Assembly (NCBI GenBank): GCA_964057225.1 | Contig: OZ059898.1 | Span: 18,042,001-18,106,000, forward strand | DNA: 64,000 bases | From: Auanema rhodensis | Taxonomy: Eukaryota; Animalia; Nematoda | Direction of reading: 5' to 3' | Part shown: one piece after another, positions 41,492 through 56,000 of the stretch | Layout: each line of letters opens with the position of its first letter | Numbering within the stretch: the stretch's first letter is position 1 | The notes under the pieces: model-generated | The model's input: the letters and a program-made list of their open reading frames with translations, nothing else | Told to the model about the DNA's origin: nothing | Databases searched by the model: none | Made by a program: the position numbers and the translations under genes

Positions 41492-44060
41492 AGATATCAA
41501 CTGATATAAGTTCACACTTATTTCCTCGATTTTCACCCTGAAGAATTAATTTTTTCGTTGAATAACATTGTCCATCGTCTTTGCCTTGAAAAAAGGAATC
41601 TAAAAACATCTTCTTTTTGCTAAATTATTTTGAAATTTTTTGAAAAAAATTTTTGTCAAAATGTTTTTGGAAGCAATGTTGAGTGTACATGGAAACTCAA
41701 CATACACTAATGCATCATTTTTCAAACGATCATAACTAATTTTTGTATAAAGCGTTTCTCAATGTAGTATAGTGCATTCGATGCGGATTTTTAAGCTGCG
41801 TCGATCTGTATTATCAGATTTGCGCTAGCTTAAAAATGCACCGAGATATCAACTGATATAAGTTCACACTTATATCCTCGATTTTCACCCTGAAGAATTA
41901 ATTTTTTTGTTGAATAACATTGTCCATCGTCTTTGCCTTGAAAAAAGGAATCTAAAAACATCTACTTTTTGCTAAATTATTTTGAAATTTTTTGAAAAAA
42001 TTTTTGTCAAAATGTTTTTGGAAGCAATGTTGAGTGTACATGGAAACTCAACATACACTAATGCATCATTTTTCAAACGATCATAACTAATTTTTGTATT
42101 AAGCGTTTCTCAAAGTAGTATAGTGCATTCGATGCGGATTTTTAAGCTGCGTCGATCTGTGTTATCAGATCTGCGCTAGCTTAAAAATGCACCGAGATAT
42201 CAACTGATATAAGTTCACAGTTATTTCCTCGATTTTCACCCTGAAGAATTAATTTTTTCGTTGAATAACATTGTCCATCGTCTTTGCCTTGAAAAAAGGA
42301 ATCTAAAAACATCTACTTTTTGCTAAATTATTTTGTAATTTTTTGAAAAAATTTTTGTCAAAATGTTTTTGGAAGCAATGTTGAGTGTACATGGAAACTC
42401 AACATACACTAATGCATCATTTTTCAAACGATCATAACTAATTTTTGTATAAAGCGTTTTTCAATGTAGTATAGTGCATTCGATGCGGATTTTTAAGCTG
42501 CGTCGATCTGTGTTATCAGATTTGCGCTAGCTTAAAAATGCACCGAGATATCAACTGATATAAGTTCACACTTATTTCCTCGATTTTCACCCTGAAGAAT
42601 TAATTTTTTCGTTGAATAACATTGTCCATCGTCTTTGCCTTGAAAAAAGGAATCTAAAAACATCTACTTTTTGCTAAATTATTTTGAAATTTTTTGAAAA
42701 AATTTTTGTCAAAATGTTTTTGGAAGCAATGTTGAGTGTACATGGAAACTCAACATACACTAATGCATCATTTTTCAAACGATCATAACTAATTTTTGTA
42801 TAAAGCGTTTCTCAATGTAGTTTAGTGCATTCGATGCGGATTTTTAAGCTGCGTCGATCTGTGTTATCAGATTTGCGCTAGCTTAAAAATGCACCGAGAT
42901 ATCAACTGATATAAGTTCACACTTATTTCCTCGATTTTCACCATGAAGAATTAATTTTTTCGTTGAATAACATTGTCCATCGTCTTTGCCTTGAAAAAAG
43001 GAATCTAAAAACATCTACTTTTTGCTAAATTATTTTGTAATTTTTTGAAAAAATTTTTGTCAAAATGTTTTTGGAAGCAATGTTGAGTGTACATGGAAAC
43101 TCAACATACACTAATGCATCATTTTTCAAACGATCATAACTAATTTTTGTATAAAGCGTTTTTCAATGTAGTATAGTGCATTCGATGCGGATTTTTAAGC
43201 TGCGTCGATCTGTGTTATCAGATTTGCGCTAGCTTAAAAATGCACCGAGATATCAACTGATATAAGTTCACACTTATTTCCTCGATTTTCACCCTGAAGA
43301 ATTAATTTTTTTGTTGAATAACATTGTCCATCGTGTTTGCCTTGAAAAAAGGAATCTAAAAACATCTACTTTTTGCTAAATTATTTTGAAATTTTTTGAA
43401 AAAATTTTTGTCAAAATGTTTTTGGAAGCAATGTTGAGTGTACATGGAAACTCAACATACACTAATGCATCATTTTTCAAACGATCATAACTAATTTTTG
43501 TATTAAGCGTTTCTCAAAGTAGTATAGTGCATTCGATGCGGATTTTTAAGCTGCGTCGATCTGTGTTATCAGATCTGCGCTAGCTTAAAAATGCACCGAG
43601 ATATCAACTGATATAAGTTCACAGTTATTTCCTCGATTTTCACCCTGAAGAATTAATTTTTTCGTTGAATAACATTGTCCATCGTCTTTGCCTTGAAAAA
43701 AGGAATCTAAAAACATCTACTTTTTGCTAAATTATTTTGTAATTTTTTGAAAAAATTTTTGTCAAAATGTTTTTGGAAGCAATGTTGAGTGTACATGGAA
43801 ACTCAACATACACTAATGCATCATTTTTCAAACGATCATAACTAATTTTTGTATAAAGCGTTTTTCAATGTAGTATAGTGCATTCGATGCGGATTTTTAA
43901 GCTGCGTCGATCTGTGTTATCAGATTTGCGCTAGCTTAAAAATGCACCGAGATATCAACTGATATAAGTTCACACTTATTTCCTCGATTTTCACCCTGAA
44001 GAATTAATTTTTTCGTTGAAAAACATTGTCCATCGTGTTTGCCTTGAAAAAAGGAATCTA

Positions 44061-44080
44061 AAAACATCTATTATTTTGAA
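44061..44080. other. Site of a 12-bp deletion giving a single 339-bp array-B monomer
   Basis: The sequence reads CATCTA|TTATTTTGAA instead of CATCTA-CTTTTTGCTAAA-TTATTTTGAA. Monomer starts at 43761 and 44100 are 339 bp apart. Confidence 0.93.
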
Positions 44081-47000
44081 ATTTTTTGAAAAAATTTTTG
44101 TCAAAATGTTTTTGGAAGCAATGTTGAGTGTACATGGAAACTCAACATACACTAATGCATCATTTTTCAAACGATCATAACTAAATTTTGTATAAAGCGT
44201 TTCTCAATGTAGTATAGTGCATTCGATGCGGATTTTTAAGCTGCGTCGATCTGTATCATCAGATTTGCGCTAGCTTAAAAATGCACCGAGATATCAACTG
44301 ATATAAGTTCACACTTATATCCTCGATTTTCACCCTGAAGAATTAATTTTTTTGTTGAATAACATTGTCCATCGTCTTTGCCTTGAAAAAAGGAATCTAA
44401 AAACATCTACTTTTTGCTAAATTATTTTGAAATTTTTTGAAACAATTTTTGTCAAAATGTTTTTGGAAGCAATGTTGAGTGTACATGGAAACTCAACATA
44501 CACTAATGCATCATTTTTCAAACGATCATAACTAATTTTTGTATTAAGCGTTTCTCAAAGTAGTATAGTGCATTCGATGCGGATTTTTAAGCTGCGTCGA
44601 TCTTTGTTATCAGATTTGCGCTAGCTTAAAAATGCACCGAGATATCAACTGATATAAGTTCACACTTATATCCTCGATTTTCACCATGAAGAATTAATTT
44701 TTTTGTTGAATAACATTGTCCATCGTGTTTGCCTTGAAAAAAGGAATCTAAAAACATCTACTTTTTGCTAAATTATTTTGAAATTTTTTGAAAAAATTTT
44801 TGTCAAAATGTTTTTGGAAGCAATGTTGAGTGTACATGGAAACTCAACATACACTAATGCATCATTTTTCAAACGATCATAACTAATTTTTGTATTAAGC
44901 GTTTCTCAAAGTTGTATAGTGCATTCGATGCGGATTTTTAAGCTGCGTCGATCTGTGTTATCAGATCTGCGCTAGCTTAAAAATGCACCGAGATATCAAC
45001 TGATATAAGTTCACACTTATTTCCTCGATTTTCACCCTGAAGAATTAATTTTTTCGTTGAATAACATTGTCCATCGTCTTTGCCTTGAAAAAAGGAATCT
45101 AAAAACATCTACTTTTTGCTAAATTATTTTGAAATTTTTTGAAAAAATTTTTGTCAAAATGTTTTTGGAAGCAATGTTGAGTGTACATGGAAACTCAACA
45201 TACACTAATGCATCATTTTTCAAACGATCATAACTAATTTTTGTATAAAGCGTTTTTCAATGTAGTATAGTGCATTCGATGCGGATTTTTAAGCTGCGTC
45301 GATCTGTGTTATCAGATTTGCGCTAGCTTAAAAATGCACCGAGATATCAACTGATATAAGTTCACACTTATTTCCTCGATTTTCACCCTGAAGAATTAAT
45401 TTTTTCGTTGAATAACATTGTCCATCGTCTTTGCCTTGAAAAAAGGAATCTAAAAACATCTACTTTTTGCTAAATTATTTTGAAATTTTTTGAAAAAATT
45501 TTTGTCAAAATGTTTTTGGAAGCAATGTTGAGTGTACATGGAAACTCAACATACACTAATGCATCATTTTTCAAACGATCATAACTAATTTTTGTATTAA
45601 GCGTTTCTCAATGTAGTATAGTGCATTCGATGCGGATTTTTAAGCTGCGTCGATCTGTGTTATCAGATTTGCGCTAGCTTAAAAATGCACCGAGATATCA
45701 ACTGAAATAAGTTCACACTTATATCCTCGATTTTCACCCTGAAGAACTAATTTTTTTGTTGAAAAACATTGTCCATCGTGTTTGCCTTGAAAAAAGGAAT
45801 CTAAAAACATCTACTTTTTGCTAAATTATTTTGAAATTTTTTGAAAAAATTTTTGTCAAAATGTTTTTGGAAGCAATGTTGAGTGTACATGGAAACTCAA
45901 CATACACTAATGCATCATTTTTCAAACGATCATAACTAATTTTTGTATAAAGCGTTTCTCAAAGTAGTATAGTGCATTCGATGCGGATTTTTAAGCTGCG
46001 TCGATCTGTGTTATCAGATTTGCGCTAGCTTAAAAATGCACCGAGATATCAACTGATATAAGTTCACACTTATTTCCTCGATTTTCACCCTGAAGAATTA
46101 ATTTTTTCGTTGAATAACATTGTCCATCGTCTTTGCCTTGAAAAAAGGAATCTAAAAACATCTACTTTTTGCTAAATTATTTTGAAATTTTTTGAAAAAA
46201 TTTTTGTCAAAATGTTTTTGGAAGCAATGTTGAGTGTACATGGAAACTCAACATACACTAATGCATCATTTTTCAAACGATCATAACTAATTTTTGTATA
46301 AAGCGTTTCTCAATGTAGTTTAGTGCATTCGATGCGGATTTTTAAGCTGCGTCGATCTGTGTTATCAGATTTGCGCTAGCTTAAAAATGCACCGAGATAT
46401 CAACTGATATAAGTTCACACTTATTTCCTCGATTTTCACCCTGAAGAATTAATTTTTTCGTTGAATAACATTGTCCATCGTCTTTGCCTTGAAAAAAGGA
46501 ATCTAAAAACATCTTCTTTTTGCTAAATTATTTTGAAATTTTTTGAAAAAAATTTTTGTCAAAATGTTTTTGGAAGCAATGTTGAGTGTACATGGAAACT
46601 CAACATACACTAATGCATCATTTTTCAAACGATCATAACTAATTTTTGTATAAAGCGTTTCTCAATGTAGTTTAGTGCATTCGATGCGGATTTTTAAGCT
46701 GCGTCGATCTGTGTTATCAGATTTGCGCTAGCTTAAAAATGCACCGAGATATCAACTGATATAAGTTCACACTTATTTCCTCGATTTTCACCCTGAAGAA
46801 TTAATTTTTTCGTTGAATAACATTGTCCATCGTCTTTGCCTTGAAAAAAGAAATCTAAAAACATCTTCTTTTTGCTAAATTATTTTGAAATTTTTTGAAA
46901 AAAATTTTTGTCAAAATGTTTTTGGAAGCAATGTTGAGTGTACATGGAAACTCAACATACACTAATGCATCATTTTTCAAACGATCATAACTAATTTTTG

Positions 47001-50000
47001 TATAAAGCGTTTCTCAATGTAGTTTAGTGCATTCGATGCGGATTTTTAAGCTGCGTCGATCTGTGTTATCAGATTTGCGCTAGCTTAAAAATGCACCGAG
47101 ATATCAACTGATATAAGTTCACACTTATTTCCTCGATTTTCACCCTGAAGAATTAATTTTTTCGTTGAATAACATTGTCCATCGTCTTTGCCTTGAAAAA
47201 AGGAATCTAAAAACATCTTCTTTTTGCTAAATTATTTTGAAATTTTTTGAAAAAAATTTTTGTCAAAATGTTTTTGGAAGCAATGTTGAGTGTACATGGA
47301 AACTCAACATACACTAATGCATCATTTTTCAAACGATCATAACTAATTTTTGTATTAAGCGTTTCTCAATGTAGTATAGTGCATTCGATGCGGATTTTTA
47401 AGCTGCGTCGATCTGTATTATCAGATTTGCGCTAGCTTAAAAATGCACCGAGATATCAACTGATATAAGTTCACACTTATATCCTCGATTTTCACCCTGA
47501 AGAATTAATTTTTTTGTTGAATAACATTGTCCATCGTCTTTGCCTTGAAAAAAGGAATCTAAAAACATCTACTTTTTGCTAAATTATTTTGAAATTTTTT
47601 GAAAAAATTTTTGTCAAAATGTTTTTGGAAGCAATGTTGAGTGTACATGGAAACTCAACATACACTAATGCATCATTTTTCAAACGATCATAACTAATTT
47701 TTGTATTAAGCGTTTCTCAAAGTAGTATAGTGCATTCGATGCGGATTTTTAAGCTGCGTCGATCTGTGTTATCAGATTTGCGCTAGCTTAAAAATGCACC
47801 GAGATATCAACTGAAATAAGTTCACACTTATATCCTCGATTTTCACCCTGAAGAACTAATTTTTTTGTTGAAAAACATTGTCCATCGTGTTTGCCTTGAA
47901 AAAAGGAATCTAAAAACATCTACTTTTTGCTAAATTATTTTGAAATTTTTTGAAAAAATTTTTGTCAAAATGTTTTTGGAAGCAATGTTGAGTGTACATG
48001 GAAACTCAACATACACTAATGCATCATTTTTCAAACGATCATAACTAATTTTTGTATTAAGCGTTTCTCAAAGTAGTATAGTGCATTCGATGCGGATTTT
48101 TAAGCTGCGTCGATCTGTGTTATCAGATTTGCGCTAGCTTAAAAATGCACCGAGATATCAACTGATATAAGTTCACACTTATTTCCTCGATTTTCACCCT
48201 GAAGAATTAATTTTTTCGTTGAATAACATTGTCCATCGTCTTTGCCTTGAAAAAAGGAATCTAAAAACATCTACTTTTTGCTAAATTATTTTGAAATTTT
48301 TTGAAAAAATTTTTGTCAAAATGTTTTTGGAAGCAATGTTGAGTGTACATGGAAACTCAACATACACTAATGCATCATTTTTCAAACGATCATAACTAAT
48401 TTTTGTATAAAGCGTTTCTCAATGTAGTTTAGTGCATTCGATGCGGATTTTTAAGCTGCGTCGATCTGTGTTATCAGATTTGCGCTAGCTTAAAAATGCA
48501 CCGAGATATCAACTGATATAAGTTCACACTTATTTCCTCGATTTTCACCCTGAAGAATTAATTTTTTCGTTGAATAACATTGTCCATCGTCTTTGCCTTG
48601 AAAAAAGGAATCTAAAAACATCTTCTTTTTGCTAAATTATTTTGAAATTTTTTGAAAAAAATTTTTGTCAAAATGTTTTTGGAAGCAATGTTGAGTGTAC
48701 ATGGAAACTCAACATACACTAATGCATCATTTTTCAAACGATCATAACTAATTTTTGTATAAAGCGTTTCTCAATGTAGTATAGTGCATTCGATGCGGAT
48801 TTTTAAGCTGCGTCGATCTGTATTATCAGATTTGCGCTAGCTTAAAAATGCACCGAGATATCAACTGATATAAGTTCACACTTATATCCTCGATTTTCAC
48901 CCTGAAGAATTAATTTTTTTGTTGAATAACATTGTCCATCGTCTTTGCCTTGAAAAAAGGAATCTAAAAACATCTACTTTTTGCTAAATTATTTTGAAAT
49001 TTTTTGAAAAAATTTTTGTCAAAATGTTTTTGGAAGCAATGTTGAGTGTACATGGAAACTCAACATACACTAATGCATCATTTTTCAAACGATCATAACT
49101 AATTTTTGTATTAAGCGTTTCTCAATGTAGTATAGTGCATTCGATGCGGATTTTTAAGCTGCGTCGATCTGTGTTATCAGATTTGCGCTAGCTTAAAAAT
49201 GCACCGAGATATCAACTGAAATAAGTTCACACTTATATCCTCGATTTTCACCCTGAAGAATTAATTTTTTTGTTGAAAAACATTGTCCATCGTGTTTGCC
49301 TTGAAAAAAGGAATCTAAAAACATCTACTTTTTGCTAAATTATTTTGAAATTTTTTGAAAAAATTTTTGTCAAAATGTTTTTGGAAGCAATGTTGAGTGT
49401 ACATGGAAACTCAACATACACTAATGCATCATTTTTCAAACGATCATAACTAATTTTTGTATTAAGCGTTTCTCAAAGTAGTATAGTGCATTCGATGCGG
49501 ATTTTTAAGCTGCGTCGATCTGTGTTATCAGATTTGCGCTAGCTTAAAAATGCACCGAGATATCAACTGATATAAGTTCACACTTATATCCTCGATTTTC
49601 ACCCTGAAGAATTAATTTTTTTGTTGAATAACATTGTCCATCGTGTTTGCCTTGAAAAAAGGAATCTAAAAACATCTACTTTTTGCTAAATTATTTTGAA
49701 ATTTTTTGAAAAAATTTTTGTCAAAATGTTTTTGGAAGCAATGTTGAGTGTACATGGAAACTCAACATACACTAATGCATCATTTTTCAAACGATCATAA
49801 CTAATTTTTGTATTAAGCGTTTCTCAAAGTAGTATAGTGCATTCGATGCGGATTTTTAAGCTGCGTCGATCTGTGTTATCAGATCTGCGCTAGCTTAAAA
49901 ATGCACCGAGATATCAACTGATATAAGTTCACACTTATTTCCTCGATTTTCACCCTGAAGAATTAATTTTTTCGTTGAATAACATTGTCCATCGTCTTTG

Positions 50001-53000
50001 CCTTGAAAAAAGGAATCTAAAAACATCTACTTTTTGCTAAATTATTTTGTAATTTTTTGAAAAAATTTTTGTCAAAATGTTTTTGGAAGCAATGTTGAGT
50101 GTACATGGAAACTCAACATACACTAATGCATCATTTTTCAAACGATCATAACTAATTTTTGTATTAAGCGTTTCTCAATGTAGTATAGTGCATTCGATGC
50201 GGATTTTTAAGCTGCGTCGATCTGTGTTATCAGATTTGCGCTAGCTTAAAAATGCACCGAGATATCAACTGAAATAAGTTCACACTTATATCCTCGATTT
50301 TCACCCTGAAGAATTAATTTTTTTGTTGAAAAACATTGTCCATCGTGTTTGCCTTGAAAAAAGGAATCTAAAAACATCTACTTTTTGCTAAATTATTTTG
50401 AAATTTTTTGAAAAAATTTTTGTCAAAATGTTTTTGGAAGCAATGTTGAGTGTACATGGAAACTCAACATACACTAATGCATCATTTTTCAAACGATCAT
50501 AACTAATTTTTGTATTAAGCGTTTCTCAAAGTAGTATAGTGCATTCGATGCGGATTTTTAAGCTGCGTCGATCTGTGTTATCAGATTTGCGCTAGCTTAA
50601 AAATGCACCGAGATATCAACTGATATAAGTTCACACTTATATCCTCGATTTTCACCCTGAAGAATTAATTTTTTTGTTGAATAACATTGTCCATCGTGTT
50701 TGCCTTGAAAAAAGGAATCTAAAAACATCTACTTTTTGCTAAATTATTTTGAAATTTTTTGAAAAAATTTTTGTCAAAATGTTTTTGGAAGCAATGTTGA
50801 GTGTACATGGAAACTCAACATACACTAATGCATCATTTTTCAAACGATCATAACTAATTTTTGTATTAAGCGTTTCTCAAAGTAGTATAGTGCATTCGAT
50901 GCGGATTTTTAAGCTGCGTCGATCTGTGTTATCAGATCTGCGCTAGCTTAAAAATGCACCGAGATATCAACTGATATAAGTTCACACTTATTTCCTCGAT
51001 TTTCACCCTGAAGAATTAATTTTTTCGTTGAATAACATTGTCCATCGTCTTTGCCTTGAAAAAAGGAATCTAAAAACATCTACTTTTTGCTAAATTATTT
51101 TGTAATTTTTTGAAAAAATTTTTGTCAAAATGTTTTTGGAAGCAATGTTGAGTGTACATGGAAACTCAACATACACTAATGCATCATTTTTCAAACGATC
51201 ATAACTAATTTTTGTATAAAGCGTTTTTCAATGTAGTATAGTGCATTCGATGCGGATTTTTAAGCTGCGTCGATCTGTGTTATCAGATTTGCGCTAGCTT
51301 AAAAATGCACCGAGATATCAACTGATATAAGTTCACACTTATTTCCTCGATTTTCACCCTGAAGAATTAATTTTTTCGTTGAAAAACATTGTCCATCGTG
51401 TTTGCCTTGAAAAAAGAAATCTAAAAACATCTACTTTTTGCTAAATTATTCTGAAATTTTTTGAAAAAATTTTTGTCAAAATGTTTTTGGAAGCAATGTT
51501 GAGTGTACATGGAAACTCAACATACACTAATGCATCATTTTTCAAACGATCATAACTAAATTTTGTATAAAGCGTTTTTCAATGTAGTATAGTGCATTCG
51601 ATGCGGATTTTTAAGCTGCGTCGATCTGTGTTATCAGATTTGCGCTAGCTTAAAAATGCACCGAGATATCAACTGATATAAGTTCACACTTATTTCCTCG
51701 ATTTTCACCTTGAAGAATTAATTTTTTCGTTGAATAACATTGTCCATCGTCTTTGCCTTGAAAAAAGGAATCTAAAAACATCTACTTTTTGCTAAATTAT
51801 TTTGAAATTTTTTGAAAAAATTTTTGTCAAAATGTTTTTGGAAGCAATGTTGAGTGTACATGGAAACTCAACATACACTAATGCATCATTTTTCAAACGA
51901 TCATAACTAATTTTTGTATAAAGCGTTTCTCAATGTAGTATAGTGCATTCGATGCGGATTTTCAAGCTGCGTCGATCTGTGTTATCAGATTTGCGCTAGC
52001 TTAAAAATGCACCGAGATATCAACTGATATAAGTTCACACTTATTACCTCGATTTTCACCCTGAAGAATCAATTTTTTCGTTGAATAACATTGTCCATCG
52101 TCTTTGCCTTGAAAAAAGGAATCTAAAAACATCTTCTTTTTGCTAAATTATTTTGAAATTTTTTGAAAAAAATTTTTGTCAAAATGTTTTTGGAAGCAAT
52201 GTTGAGTGTACATGGAAACTCAACATACACTAATGCATCATTTTTCAAACGATCATAACTAATTTTTGTATAAAGCGTTTCTCAATGTAGTATAGTGCAT
52301 TCGATGCGGATTTTTAAGCTGCGTCGATCTGTATCATCAGATTTGCGCTAGCTTAAAAATGCACCGAGATATCAACTGATATAAGTTCACACTTATATCC
52401 TCGATTTTCACCCTGAAGAATTAATTTTTTTGTTGAATAACATTGTCCATCGTCTTTGCCTTAGAAAAAGGAATCTAAAAACATCTACTTTTTGCTAAAT
52501 TATTTTGAAATTTTTTGAAAAAATTTTTGTCAAAATGTTTTTGGAAGCAATGTTGAGTGTACATGGAAACTCAACATACACTAATGCATCATTTTTCAAA
52601 CGATCATAACTAATTTTTGTATTAAGCGTTTCTCAAAGTAGTATAGTGCATTCGATGCGGATTTTTAAGCTGCGTCGATCTGTGTTATCAGATTTGCGCT
52701 AGCTTAAAAATGCACCGAGATATCAACTGATATAAGTTCACACTTATATCCTCGATTTTCACCCTGAAGAATTAATTTTTTGGTTGAATAACATTGTCCA
52801 TCGTGTTTGCCTTGAAAAAAGGAATCTAAAAACATCTATTTTTTGCTAAATTATTTTGAAATTTTTTGAAAAAATTTTTGTCAAAATGTTTTTGGAAGCA
52901 ATGTTGAGTGTACATGGAAACTCAACATACACTAATGCATCATTTTTCAAACGATCATAACTAATTTTTGTATTAAGCGTTTCTCAATGTAGTATAGTGC

Positions 53001-56000
53001 ATTCGATGCGGATTTTTAAGCTGCGTCGATCTGTGTTATCAGATTTGCGCTAGCTTAAAAATGCACCGAGATATCAACTGATATAAGTTCACACTTATTT
53101 CCTCGATTTTCACCCTGAAGAATTAATTTTTTCGTTGAATAACATTGTCCATCGTCTTTGCCTTGAAAAAAGGAATCTAAAAACATCTTCTTTTTGCTAA
53201 ATTATTTTGAAATTTTTTGAAAAAAATTTTTGTCAAAATGTTTTTGGAAGCAATGTTGAGTGTACATGGAAACTCAACATACACTAATGCATCATTTTTC
53301 AAACGATCATAACTACTTTTTGTATAAAGCGTTTCTCAATGTAGTATAGTGCATTCGATGCGGATTTTTAAGCTGCGTCGATCTGTGTTATCAGATTTGC
53401 GCTAGCTTAAAAATGCACCGAGATATCAACTGATATAAGTTCACACTTATTTCCTCGATTTTCACCCTGAAGAATCAATTTTTTCGTTGAATAACATTGT
53501 CCATCGTCTTTGCCTTGAAAAAAGGAATCTAAAAACATCTTCTTTTTGCTAAATTATTTTGAAATTTTTTGAAAAAAATTTTTGTCAAAATGTTTTTGGA
53601 AGCAATGTTGAGTGTACATGGAAACTCAACATACACTAATGCATCATTTTTCAAACGATCATAACTAATTTTTGTATAAAGCGTTTCTCAATGTAGTATA
53701 GTGCATTCGATGCGGATTTTTAAGCTGCGTCGATCTGTATCATCAGATTTGCGCTAGCTTAAAAATGCACCGAGATATCAACTGATATAAGTTCACACTT
53801 ATATCCTCGATTTTCACCCTGAAGAATTAATTTTTTTGTTGAATAACATTGTCCATCGTCTTTGCCTTAAAAAAAGGAATCTAAAAACATCTACTTTTTG
53901 CTAAATTATTTTGAAATTTTTTGAAAAAATTTTTGTCAAAATGTTTTTGGAAGCAATGTTGAGTGTACATGGAAACTCAACATACACTAATGCATCATTT
54001 TTCAAACGATCATAACTAATTTTTGTATTAAGCGTTTCTCAAAGTAGTATAGTGCATTCGATGCGGATTTTTAAGCTGCGTCGATCTGTGTTATCAGATC
54101 TGCGCTAGCTTAAAAATGCACCGAGATATCAACTGATATAAGTTCACACTTATTTCCTCGATTTTCACCCTGAAGAATTAATTTTTTCGTTGAATAACAT
54201 TGTCCATCGTCTTTGCCTTGAAAAAAGGAATCTAAAAACATCTACTTTTTGCTAAATTATTTTGTAATTTTTTGAAAAAATTTTTGTCAAAATGTTTTTG
54301 GAAGCAATGTTGAGTGTACATGGAAACTCAACATACACTAATGCATCATTTTTCAAACGATCATAACTAATTTTTGTATAAAGCGTTTTTCAATGTAGTA
54401 TAGTGCATTCGATGCGGATTTTTAAGCTGCGTCGATCTGTGTTATCAGATTTGCGCTAGCTTAAAAATGCACCGAGATATCAACTGATATAAGTTCACAC
54501 TTATTTCCTCGATTTTCACCCTGAAGAATTAATTTTTTCGTTGAAAAACATTGTCCATCGTGTTTGCCTTGAAAAAAGGAATCTAAAAACATCTACTTTT
54601 TGCTAAATTATTTTGAAATTTTTTGAAAAAATTTTTGTCAAAATGTTTTTGGAAGCAATGTTGAGTGTACATGGAAACTCAACATACACTAATGCATCAT
54701 TTTTCAAACGATCATAACTAAATTTTGTATAAAGCGTTTTTCAATGTAGTATAGTGCATTCGATGCGGATTTTTAAGCTGCGTCGATCTGTGTTATCAGA
54801 TTTGCGCTAGCTTAAAAATGCACCGAGATATCAACTGATATAAGTTCACACTTATTTCCTCGATTTTCACCTTGAAGAATTAATTTTTTCGTTGAATAAC
54901 ATTGTCCATCGTCTTTGCCTTGAAAAAAGGAATCTAAAAACATCTACTTTTTGCTAAATTATTTTGAAATTTTTTGAAAAAATTTTTGTCAAAATGTTTT
55001 TGGAAGCAATGTTGAGTGTACATGGAAACTCAACATACACTAATGCATCATTTTTCAAACGATCATAACTAAATTTTGTATAAAGCGTTTCTCAATGTAG
55101 TATAGTGCATTCGATGCGGATTTTCAAGCTGCGTCGATCTGTGTTATCAGATTTGCGCTAGCTTAAAAATGCACCGAGATATCAACTGATATAAGTTCAC
55201 ACTTATTTCCTCGATTTTCACCCTGAAGAATCAATTTTTTCGTTGAATAACATTGTCCATCGTCTTTGCCTTGAAAAAAGGAATCTAAAAACATCTACTT
55301 TTTGCTAAATTGTTTTGAAATTTTTTGAAAAAATTTTTGTCAAAATGTTTTTGGAAGCAATGTTGAGTGTACATGGAAACTCAACATACACTAATGCATC
55401 ATTTTTCAAACGATCATAACTAATTTTTGTATTAAGCGTTTCTCAAAGTAGTATAGTGCATTCGATGCGGATTTTTAAGCTGCGTCGATCTGTGTTATCA
55501 GATTTGCGCTAGCTTAAAAATGCACCGAGATATCAACTGATATAAGTTCACACTTATATCCTCGATTTTCACCCTGAAGAATTAATTTTTTGGTTGAATA
55601 ACATTGTCCATCGTGTTTGCCTTGAAAAAAGGAATCTAAAAACATCTACTTTTTGCTAAATTATTTTGAAATTTTTTGAAAAAATTTTTGTCAAAATGTT
55701 TTTGGAAGCAATGTTGAGTGTACATGGAAACTCAACATACACTAATGCATCATTTTTCAAACGATCATAACTAATTTTTGTATTAAGCGTTTCTCAATGT
55801 AGTATAGTGCATTCGATGCGGATTTTTAAGCTGCGTCGATCTGTGTTATCAGATTTGCGCTAGCTTAAAAATGCACCGAGATATCAACTGATATAAGTTC
55901 ACACTTATTTCCTCGATTTTCACCCTGAAGAATTAATTTTTTCGTTGAATAACATTGTCCATCGTCTTTGCCTTGAAAAAAGGAATCTAAAAACATCTTC

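Noticed and set aside
41553-41570. CENP-B box-like motif TTTCGTTGAA
   Set aside because: It matches only the TTCG....A half of NTTCGNNNNANNCGGGN and lacks CGGG. The C is also polymorphic.
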